Source: a virus
Taxonomy: Duplodnaviria > Caudoviricetes
Length of the DNA: 40,413 bases
Direction: 5' to 3' (one strand)
Virus record (IMG/VR): IMGVR_UViG_3300037473_000050
Coordinates: 1 to 40,413 of that record
Shown here one piece after another: positions 8,896-16,108 of this stretch. The notes under the pieces are model-generated. The model was given only the letters and a program-made list of their open reading frames with translations. It searched no databases and was not told where the DNA came from. A program made the position numbers and the translations under genes. Every line of letters begins with the position of its first letter. Positions within the stretch are counted from its first letter, which is position 1.

Positions 8896-9075
8896 TCACG
8901 CTTGATTCGTTGCACCATCCAGAACGGGAGAACTCGCCGCGAGACAGGAGATAACCCACTGCTGCCAAGCCGGCGGCAATCCCTCGATTTCCTTCCGGCA
9001 ATGAGTCAATGCCAGGAGTGCCTTTTTCGTCTCGCCGTTGGTATCAACCGGCGGAACCGTCGCTGCTTTCGCCAT
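8896..9075 (-). CDS. hypothetical protein
   Basis: ATG 9075 (MAKAATVPP) after AAGGA. Confidence 0.45.
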   Translation of the reverse strand: MAKAATVPPVDTNGETKKALLALTHCRKEIEGLPPAWQQWVISCLAASSPVLDGATNQA

Positions 9076-10090
9076 CGTCGTCGTCCTTCTTGAGTGAGTA
9101 GGATTCCATCTTGGGAGCCTGCTTCCGCTTTGGGCGTCCCGTGCCAAAGTAGTTCCCTGCTGGCGTCTCAATGTCCCGCCCGGTGCTCTTCACGATGCCG
9201 GAGGCAATCTTCTGCAACGCCTTGAGGTTCGCTTCCCGAGCCACGATCTCGTCAACCAGCCCGCAGGCGTCCAACGCCCCATCGTGGATGTCGCGGGAGG
9301 CTGCCGGGCATAAAGCTGCGGCATTGCACATCGAGCACTTCTGAACCGTGGGCCACGTCGCCGACTGCTCGGGAGCGATGTCCCGGTGGGAGGCGTAAGC
9401 CTGACAGGCGGAACGGACCCGCCAGTCGAGTTCGTACAGCTCGGAACGCTTATAGAGCACCGGATAGGTCAACTGGTTGAACCGCGTGTTCCAGATCCGC
9501 ACCCGCACTGCTTGAACGTCTGGGTAGTTGTGCAGCGTCACCCAGCTCTGGAACGCGAACTGGAAGGATTCGGCAACCTTGCTGTGATCCCAGCGTAAAT
9601 ATCCACTTTTGTAATCAACGATCTCCGCCACCTCGGGTGATTCCGAGACATACAGCAGATCCAGCTCCGTCGTCGCCCGTATCCGGAACTCCGGCCAGTC
9701 GTGAGCCAGTTGCCCCGAGCGTTCCCCCTCGCCGCCGTCCCACCGCAGGACGTTATCGTGGTGGATGCCGTTCAGGAACTTCGCCCAGCCGTGAGCCACG
9801 CTGCGGACTGCCGCAATCACGTCGGGCTGGATGTCGGGACGGGATGCACACGCCAACTGGAGAAGCTCATCCCGCAAGTCGTTGACGCCCATCTGCCCGC
9901 GAGACTCGACATAGGCGGAAGTGACTTCTGAGAATGCGTTATGGACTGCGGAACCGCTCTCGGTTTCGTCGGAGTCGCACCGCACGCGGCCCAGCTCGAT
10001 GAAGCGGGCTTGTGCCGGGCAGAGGCTGAACCGCTCTATCGTGGAACGGTCGACTACCGTGTAATCGTCGATGAGGAATTCGTCTGTCAT
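9044..10090 (-). CDS. PD-(D/E)XK (RecB/Cas4-like) exonuclease with probable Fe-S cysteines
   Basis: ERFSLCP, GSAVH, ELDLL...IVDYKSG, FQ, and C-terminal CSMCNAAALC; start MTDEFLID at 10090. Confidence 0.8.
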   Translation of the reverse strand: MTDEFLIDDYTVVDRSTIERFSLCPAQARFIELGRVRCDSDETESGSAVHNAFSEVTSAYVESRGQMGVNDLRDELLQLACASRPDIQPDVIAAVRSVAHGWAKFLNGIHHDNVLRWDGGEGERSGQLAHDWPEFRIRATTELDLLYVSESPEVAEIVDYKSGYLRWDHSKVAESFQFAFQSWVTLHNYPDVQAVRVRIWNTRFNQLTYPVLYKRSELYELDWRVRSACQAYASHRDIAPEQSATWPTVQKCSMCNAAALCPAASRDIHDGALDACGLVDEIVAREANLKALQKIASGIVKSTGRDIETPAGNYFGTGRPKRKQAPKMESYSLKKDDDDGESSDGSAG

Positions 10091-10112
10091 ATTACGTTGA
10101 ATCCTGGTCTTT

Positions 10113-10316
10113 TTAGTGCTTCCCGGCCATCTTCCTGCCGCCGTGTTCCCGAGCCAGAGCTTCGATCCCCTCTCCAGTTGCATAGACGATCGCCTGCAGC
10201 GACTCGTCGTCAGCTATCCCGGCAGCGACCAGGGTCCGGTTCGGTAGTTGATTTAGCCGCTCGGTGAAACCATCAAGTCCGAACGCATCGAGGAACATGA
10301 ATCGCATCTCGGGCAT
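10113..10316 (-). CDS. hypothetical protein
   Basis: ATG 10316 after GAGG. Confidence 0.4.
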   Translation of the reverse strand: MPEMRFMFLDAFGLDGFTERLNQLPNRTLVAAGIADDESLQAIVYATGEGIEALAREHGGRKMAGKH

Positions 10317-10318
10317 GG

Positions 10319-10543
10319 TTAGTTCAGCCTCACCAGGGGCACGACTCCCTCGCCATTGCAGACAGAGCATTCCTCTTCGTCATCGCTGTCCGGCTCGTCG
10401 CCTTCCCCGAAGCAGTGCGAGCAGGCCACGCCGAGCGCTTCGCAATGTTTGCAGGCGTACTCGGCGTGCTCGATGTCCTCGCCATAGGCCTCGATCCAGT
10501 GGTGTTCCCGGTCCTCACAGTCAACGCATCGACGGCACTTCAT
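10319..10543 (-). CDS. small Cys-rich DnaJ-type zinc-finger protein
   Basis: CxxC repeats including CSHCFGEG and CSVCNGEG. Confidence 0.6.
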   Translation of the reverse strand: MKCRRCVDCEDREHHWIEAYGEDIEHAEYACKHCEALGVACSHCFGEGDEPDSDDEEECSVCNGEGVVPLVRLN

Positions 10544-10565
10544 GATTCAAATGACTCCGGTTCAA

Positions 10566-11537
10566 CTACAGTCCGTTCTCCAAAGCCGCCTTGACCCGCG
10601 TGTAATCCATCTCGCTCCACTCGGCGGCGTCCATGCAATTGAACCGCCGCTCCGAATGTTTCAGGACGTAGGCTGCCCAGTTCTCGGGGGTCGCGTCGTC
10701 CTTATGCCTGGTCGACTTCCAATCACCGAGAAGAACCTTGATGTCATCCGACACGTATCGTTTGCCGCGAGGCTGGGCGCGGGGCGCGTCGGGCTTCTGC
10801 GTCGGGTTCTCGACTGGGGGCGGAGACGGCGGATCTTCCAGGTCTTGCGTGAAGAGATCAGCCAGCCCCCACGCATTCAGGACGGCGTCCACCTTTGCGC
10901 ACTTCTTCGCCATCTTGATGGCGTTGTTCTCATCACCGCCCTTGAAGCCTGACTTTCGGCAGCCGCGCCCCTCGCCGAGGCATTCCCCGGTGACGCGAGA
11001 GATGAGGCGGCACGTCATTACGAATGTGCCCTTCGGTTCGCCGAGCTGCTTCCACGCCATCAGGTCTGATTCGTATTCGTCGCGGGCACCGAGGACATCG
11101 CATAGGAAATCGGCACCGGCTTTGTAGAGCGACGGCTTCGCCTGCCACTGGGAAAGCGGGACGAAAACTTCTTTCCCGTCCGCTCCGTCTTTTCCCTTCC
11201 TCCACGAGATGATGTAGGCTGCGTCCGCTTCGTTGCATGGTCGGCGCTTCTCGTCTGCGTATCGCGGTTCGGTTCCAGGAGGATGCCCATAGTGAATTCC
11301 GATGCGAAGCTGTTCCTTCAGCCATTTGCGGAACGTATCACGGCGTTCCTTGAACTCCGCCAGGGCGGTCTGCATCGCAGCCGCAGGCATCATCATGAAC
11401 CCTGCCCGGAGATCACGAATCGCAGTGCTATCGACAGCCTGCGGTGCAGCGACAACCGCCGGCAACTGCTCGACTTCCGGCATCACGTTCTCGACGCCGA
11501 CGAACTCCGCTTCGGGGATCAGTGATTTCTGAGTCAT
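10566..11537 (-). CDS. ssDNA-annealing recombinase (Rad52/Sak-like family)
   Basis: KPSLYKAGAD...NNAIKMAKKCAKVDAVL...DLFTQDLED signature; near the exonuclease. Confidence 0.7.
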   Translation of the reverse strand: MTQKSLIPEAEFVGVENVMPEVEQLPAVVAAPQAVDSTAIRDLRAGFMMMPAAAMQTALAEFKERRDTFRKWLKEQLRIGIHYGHPPGTEPRYADEKRRPCNEADAAYIISWRKGKDGADGKEVFVPLSQWQAKPSLYKAGADFLCDVLGARDEYESDLMAWKQLGEPKGTFVMTCRLISRVTGECLGEGRGCRKSGFKGGDENNAIKMAKKCAKVDAVLNAWGLADLFTQDLEDPPSPPPVENPTQKPDAPRAQPRGKRYVSDDIKVLLGDWKSTRHKDDATPENWAAYVLKHSERRFNCMDAAEWSEMDYTRVKAALENGL

Positions 11538-11824
11538 CAGTCTGCGTACTCCATCGAGTTGCCAATTTGATCTCTCACCTGCTCGTCGATCTCGTCCCGG
11601 AACTCCGACTGCAAATCGCGTCCGGCGAACTTGGCTTCGAGGTTCGTCTCCGGCTCAAACCGAAAGCCTGTCTTGCCCTTCCAGATGACGCCGTAGTCGA
11701 GTCGCGTGTCGTTCGGCTCCTGGTATCGCCCGGCATCATCGAGATACGGTTCCACGAGGACGTACCAATCGACGAGGACTTTCCCGTCACGCTTGGTTTG
11801 CAGATGTGCTTCGTACTCCCTCAC
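11537..11824 (-). CDS. hypothetical protein
   Basis: GTG 11824 after GGAGG; stop overlaps the annealase start. Confidence 0.5.
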   Translation of the reverse strand: MREYEAHLQTKRDGKVLVDWYVLVEPYLDDAGRYQEPNDTRLDYGVIWKGKTGFRFEPETNLEAKFAGRDLQSEFRDEIDEQVRDQIGNSMEYAD

Positions 11825-11909
11825 GGCTGCGTCCCTCCAAACGTTCCCCGACACCACACCCCGAACAACACGGCACCGATGACGATGGCGGCGGCAAAGT
11901 GGGGGTGGA

Positions 11910-12176
11910 TCATTCCGGCACCTCGATATCGAAGGCGAACGGGGAGACGGTAATACCACTATCAAACTCATCGACGAAACCGACGCACCGGCTGGGAAGG
12001 GTAACCTTCGCTCTCGCATCACCGGTCTCGATGTTCCACAGTTCCATAATCGAACCAAACACAGATGCACCAAGCCCAGTGGCTCTGCAAACTGCCATCG
12101 CTATTGGGCAGCAACTCGGAAGCGGCTGTCCCTCATCGATATCCTCCTGCGTCACCTCAACGTGGATCGTCTTCAT
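11910..12176 (-). CDS. hypothetical phage protein
   Basis: 88 aa, MKTIHVEVTQEDIDEG...CPIAMAV. Confidence 0.6.
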   Translation of the reverse strand: MKTIHVEVTQEDIDEGQPLPSCCPIAMAVCRATGLGASVFGSIMELWNIETGDARAKVTLPSRCVGFVDEFDSGITVSPFAFDIEVPE

Positions 12177-12369
12177 CCCTCAGCCCTCCCACCACACTTG
12201 CAAAGAATCCTCGGCTCGCAGCAGTCCCAGCACATCCGCTCGTGAGGGTTGTACTCACGCTCCGGGCAAGGCTCGCAGGCTGCCGTGAATCGCTGGACGG
12301 CGCTCAGCGGCCACCAGACGCGGGGGATGATGTTTGTCGATTCCGTCAGATTTCCCAGAGGCGTGCGAA

Positions 12370-12624
12370 TCATGGCTTCTCCTTTCCTGCAAGGATGTCC
12401 TTCGTCGCCACGAACAGTGCCGCGAAGATGACAAACGATGCGAACCAGATGAGGAAATGAACGCACAAGCACCAGAGCTGCAGCATCATCGTGGAAAACT
12501 GTCCGAACTCACGAACCGCGATTTCGTCGTGAACTCGCTCGGCACTGATGATGAGGAGCGGCGGCAAGAGCAGGACACAGAACAGCCCAGCAATTGCTGT
12601 GTAGATAACGGCTCGACGCTGCAT
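12370..12624 (-). CDS. small membrane protein
   Basis: Two hydrophobic segments; GGAGGA SD. Confidence 0.5.
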   Translation of the reverse strand: MQRRAVIYTAIAGLFCVLLLPPLLIISAERVHDEIAVREFGQFSTMMLQLWCLCVHFLIWFASFVIFAALFVATKDILAGKEKP

Positions 12625-12626
12625 GC

Positions 12627-12878
12627 TCAGTCCTCCTCCGGTCGCTGGATGTTCTGCATGGACGGCTTCTGGACTCGCCTGATCACTCCCTGCGGCGTCA
12701 CCATCTCGTCATGGTGGATCGCCTCGTAGACAACCGCTCGGTGAACCGGGATGTGCCGTGCGGTATGAATCCCAATGCGGAACTTCCCATTCGCCATTCG
12801 CACGTTGGTGACGACGGCTTGGAACTCGCCTTCGCCGATCACGATGGACTCGTCCTTGTCGATGTTCAGGATTAGCAA
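12627..12878 (-). CDS. csrA: carbon storage regulator CsrA/RsmA family RNA-binding protein
   Basis: TTG 12878 after AAGGAG gives MLILNIDKDESIVIG...FRIGIHTARHIPVHRAVVYEAI, matching the CsrA pattern MLIL...GESI.IG...VRIGI.AP..V.VHR.E.Y. Confidence 0.8.
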   Translation of the reverse strand: MLILNIDKDESIVIGEGEFQAVVTNVRMANGKFRIGIHTARHIPVHRAVVYEAIHHDEMVTPQGVIRRVQKPSMQNIQRPEED

Positions 12879-12915
12879 AGTGTGGCACTCCTTCCGTGGG
12901 GTGGGTGGAAACGAT

Positions 12916-13125
12916 TTACTTCGCGTACTTCTTCGCAATCGCAGTCATGGCTGCCACGTCGAGTGGCTTCCCGGTCTTGAACGTCTTCAGCGGAATCCCT
13001 CTGTTCCTCATCCAGCTCGCGCGGGACGTAGCGGCATTCGGCGTGATCCCGAGGATGCGCCCCACTTCCACGGAACTGGATGACTGCTGCCACGTCTTGA
13101 TGAACTCTTCCTGACTCACAGCCAT
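12916..13125 (-). CDS. small helix-turn-helix DNA-binding protein
   Basis: ATG 13125 after GAGGA; SSVEVGRILGITPNAATSRASWMR is HTH-like. Confidence 0.6.
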   Translation of the reverse strand: MAVSQEEFIKTWQQSSSSVEVGRILGITPNAATSRASWMRNRGIPLKTFKTGKPLDVAAMTAIAKKYAK

Positions 13126-13129
13126 TGCC

Positions 13130-13400
13130 AGTCCTCGTCGTTTGAAACAAAACCGGGCATCCGTGCCCCTTATCCGCCCCGCCCCTCGCCAGTCCGTTGG
13201 CATGCGGAACGTGCTCCTTATGGTGTTGGAATCCCTCCCACCGTCCGCTGGGCAAGGCGGGGTGGGTGGGAGGGCGGGACAAACAAAACGGTGCCAGCCC
13301 CGTGGATACTGCCCGCATGCTGGCGTTGCGGAACGAGCGTCGTGCCTGTGAAGGAGTGTCGGCACCGCAGTCCGGGTCTCCGGGTGCCCGGGTGGGAATG
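13130..13400 (-). ncRNA. putative structured leader or sRNA with GGA hairpins (CsrA-site-like)
   Basis: 10 GGA motifs; hairpins GGGCA-CGGA-UGCCC and GCCA-ACGGAC-UGGC; duplicated boxes CGUUCCGCA and GUUUUGUUU. Confidence 0.5.
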
Positions 13401-13405
13401 GGCTC

Positions 13406-13720
13406 TCAGTCAGTGAACTGCTCCATCAAGATGTCTCTGTTTTCTTTGTTCAGCTTCCGCCAATAGAGGTAGCGCTCCGCCACAAAGTCGTCGTTGAACG
13501 GAAACTGGTCGTCCGGATATCCGGTCAACTCAGACCAGCGACGAATGACCGCCTCGAACATCAGCGGCCGATACTTCCTGGTGTTGCTCGTCCACTTCTC
13601 CGCACCGCTCTTGTCGTTTGCGTCCAGTTCCTCACTCGCCGCCGCAACAGCTAATGCGAGCGGCTTCGGCTGCGTCTTTGCGAACCAATCAGGCAACCGA
13701 CGACTTTTCGTTTCCGACAT
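13406..13720 (-). CDS. hypothetical protein
   Basis: 104-aa ORF with GGAG SD. Confidence 0.55.
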   Translation of the reverse strand: MSETKSRRLPDWFAKTQPKPLALAVAAASEELDANDKSGAEKWTSNTRKYRPLMFEAVIRRWSELTGYPDDQFPFNDDFVAERYLYWRKLNKENRDILMEQFTD

Positions 13721-15149
13721 CGCTATCTCCCTTTGAGATGAATTCCAAAAACCGCTCCCGGGAAACTGGATCGCACTTCTCCCAGAGGCGGGTAAGTTCC
13801 TTCACGAAATCTTTCTCTGGCGGAACAACGCCGAGATGCTCGTCGACGAATTCCTTCAGAGTCTTCGCCGTGATCTTCGATGGGTCGTCGACGGATTCGA
13901 CTGCGGCCTGCCAGACTGTTGCTGCGTCGGAGTCGGATTCGATGCGAAGAAGTTGCCGAACGTGAGATTCTCGCTCCGGCAAAACCTTGCCAATTGGCAA
14001 GGTTTTCAGTGCCTCGCATTTCACGAACCCACATATCATTCGGGTTGCATAACCCTCGGATACTCCCCACCGACGCTCGACGTATTCCTTGAACGTCTGG
14101 AACTCTTCGCGGTACAGCCGCTGTGATGGCTTGCCGCTGTCGCGGATTGCACGCAATGCCCTGCCAGCGTCAACGAAGCTCCGGAAGTGCTGGTGAATCG
14201 CCAGCTCGTACTCCTCCAACTCGGCTCGCTCGATCTCTGATAGAGGGGCACCGATCTGAACGGACTCAGGGACCGCCACAGTCGTCGACGGCGGGTCGTA
14301 GTTCAGAATCAGCAACTCTTTGCCGTCAGCCTTCACGGCGTTGGTAGTACCGGCGTATTTCCAAGTCGCAGTTACGATCCGATACCGATCTTCCGGATAC
14401 AGCGACCGAATCAAGCCCGCTCCGTCGTCGTCGTAGCTGATGCAGACCTTGTGCTGGCACCGTGCGACGACTTCCGCGAATCGCCTGTGATCCTCTTGGG
14501 TAAAGCCGTGCTGGTAGAGCTGGGATGATGCGGTCAGATTCGTGTTGACCACATACGGCGGATCGGCGTAGATCCAGACGTTCTCCCCCGGAGCGTCGAA
14601 TAGATCGGCGTAGTCTCCGCAGGTGATCTCCGTTCCGGTGAGATGTTCCGCCGCATGCGTGAGCCTGTCCGTCGCCGTGATCCCCCACCCATCAGGGTTG
14701 GAGAAATAAAGTCTGGATGGAATGTCGTAGTTGACTCTGCCGCTGCCGTGGACGGTTCGATTGACGAAGTAGTACCGAAGTGCCTGATCGCATTCCTGAT
14801 TGAGGCACAGTTCCTCGAATGTCTTTTTCAGCCTGGCGTTCGTCGGCTTCCCGCCTCGCGGACCTTCCTCGGTGAGAGGGTCAGATTCGTGGGCAATCGG
14901 AATCGCCTTGCATGCCGCAATGAATTCATCCGGGCGGTCACGCAGAGCCTTGTAAACCTCAATCAATCCAGAATGCTTGTCATTGATCCATCGCTTCTCG
15001 CACGCAGTTGAATTCAGCCCGAAGAAGATTCCGCCACCACCGACGAACGGTTCGCGGTACTCACGGACGCCGAACGGTCTCTGTGCGAGAATCCAATCTC
15101 GGACCATCGCTTTCGACTTGCCGCCCGGATACCGGAATATGCTGTCCAC
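13689..15149 (-). CDS. Dam/D12-class N6-adenine DNA methyltransferase with extra C-terminal domain
   Basis: FRYPGGKS, EPFVGGG, IND, YADPPY, ISYDD and ELLILNY motifs, plus about 190 extra C-terminal residues. Confidence 0.9.
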   Translation of the reverse strand: MDSIFRYPGGKSKAMVRDWILAQRPFGVREYREPFVGGGGIFFGLNSTACEKRWINDKHSGLIEVYKALRDRPDEFIAACKAIPIAHESDPLTEEGPRGGKPTNARLKKTFEELCLNQECDQALRYYFVNRTVHGSGRVNYDIPSRLYFSNPDGWGITATDRLTHAAEHLTGTEITCGDYADLFDAPGENVWIYADPPYVVNTNLTASSQLYQHGFTQEDHRRFAEVVARCQHKVCISYDDDGAGLIRSLYPEDRYRIVTATWKYAGTTNAVKADGKELLILNYDPPSTTVAVPESVQIGAPLSEIERAELEEYELAIHQHFRSFVDAGRALRAIRDSGKPSQRLYREEFQTFKEYVERRWGVSEGYATRMICGFVKCEALKTLPIGKVLPERESHVRQLLRIESDSDAATVWQAAVESVDDPSKITAKTLKEFVDEHLGVVPPEKDFVKELTRLWEKCDPVSRERFLEFISKGDSDVGNEKSSVA

Positions 15150-15296
15150 CTCTGCCCCTTTTGTCGGTACGTACCGGTAGCGCGAAATGCCTCAGGACGC
15201 TTACTTGCCTGCCGCCGAATGGACGGTGGTCATTGTGTGGTCTCAGATTTGCCGAAAGGCTCTGGTCGCGGCAGAAGCCGCAAGAAGAGCAAGAAT

Positions 15297-15341
15297 CAAA
15301 AACAAACGCCGCTGACCAGGGTTCGAATCCCAATCAACGGC
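15297..15341 (-). terminator. promoter-proximal hairpin with U-tract (attenuator-like)
   Basis: GCCGUUGAUUGGG-AUUCGAA-CCCUGGUCAGCGGC followed by GUUUGUUUUU. Confidence 0.6.
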
Positions 15342-15344
15342 GGC

Positions 15345-15373
15345 ATACTATCGTAGCCTAACCGCTACGTCAA
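15345..15373 (-). promoter_or_regulatory. sigma70-type early promoter with operator palindrome in the spacer
   Basis: TTGACG-N17-TAGTAT; inverted repeat CGTAGC-N6-GCTACG at 15352-15369. Confidence 0.75.
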
Positions 15374-15618
15374 GCTATTTTCTCCAAAATTCTTTTCGGC
15401 TCGGCAAGCAGATCGCAGATGTCGAGTCCGAGGGCTTTCGCGATGCGCCCCGCACGTTCGAGGCTGACCCCTTCATTTCCCGACAGAATGCGGCTAATGT
15501 TGGGTCTCTTCGTGTCGCAGATATCGGCGAGTTGTTCCATCGTCAGACCTCGCTCGTGGCGAACTCTGTCGAGGTTCTTTCGAAAGACATCGGCGGGCTG
15601 GGCTGGCATCGCGTTCAT
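15370..15618 (-). CDS. XRE/Cro-family HTH transcriptional regulator
   Basis: FRKNLDRVRHERGLTMEQLADICDTKRPNISRILSG...SLERAGRIAKALG. Confidence 0.9.
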   Translation of the reverse strand: MNAMPAQPADVFRKNLDRVRHERGLTMEQLADICDTKRPNISRILSGNEGVSLERAGRIAKALGLDICDLLAEPKRILEKIA

Positions 15619-15624
15619 GCTCCG

Positions 15625-15653
15625 AATGTACTTTTGATGCTACGCGAATTCAA
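15625..15653 (-). promoter_or_regulatory. promoter for a leaderless XRE mRNA
   Basis: TTGAAT-N17-TACATT, 6 nt before the ATG, no SD; operator half-site CGTAGC in the spacer. Confidence 0.65.
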
Positions 15654-15856
15654 GACCGACCGCCGCCAACTGTTCGAACGGGCGGATTCTTGCAAGTGAC
15701 GCCCCAGCAGGACGGCGGTCGGTTTGTTCAACTGTCGCCCACCGTGGCGTCCGCTCGACCTCCTAGCTCGGGGTTTCCCGGCGATTTCGAGCGGGATTCC
15801 CGGCAGAGGCAAGCGGCATACCAAGTGGAACGATCCAGACATATCCACGTCAATAG

Positions 15857-15888
15857 ATATTGCCTATATTTCCTATATTTGTTAAACT
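15857..15888. promoter_or_regulatory. overlapping oppositely directed promoters in an AT-rich island
   Basis: Plus: TTGCCT-N17-TAAACT (15860-15888). Minus: TTAACA-N17-CAATAT (15885-15857). Tandem CCTATATTT x2 at 15863-15880. Confidence 0.55.
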
Positions 15889-16108
15889 GCCCTCGGAGCC
15901 TCCCGAACAAGTCGATTCCCAAGTCTTCCTGAGGCGGTCGCGGAAGCGTGGCAGACTTTGACGGTTCGTAATAATCGGAATCAGGAGGTAGTTGCCCGCG
16001 AGAGAACTGCCGATCATGTCTGATGCGGCGTGCCCCGGATGGTGTTAGGACGGCGGCTCGGAAGCCCTGAGATTCGGAGGGAGTCGTCCTCACTCACTGG
16101 AGCTTCTG

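Noticed and set aside
9044-10090. Cas4-like nuclease as a sign of CRISPR
   Set aside because: No repeat-spacer array or other cas genes seen; context is phage recombination
15319-15331. GGGTTCGAATCCC as a tRNA gene or tRNA 3'-end att core
   Set aside because: Only a 3-bp T stem with no matching acceptor strand or CCA; better explained as the apex of a minus-strand terminator. An att role is not fully excluded
15983-16048. AGGAGG followed by an 18-codon TTG ORF as a leader peptide
   Set aside because: SD-to-start spacing of 3 nt is too short to support it
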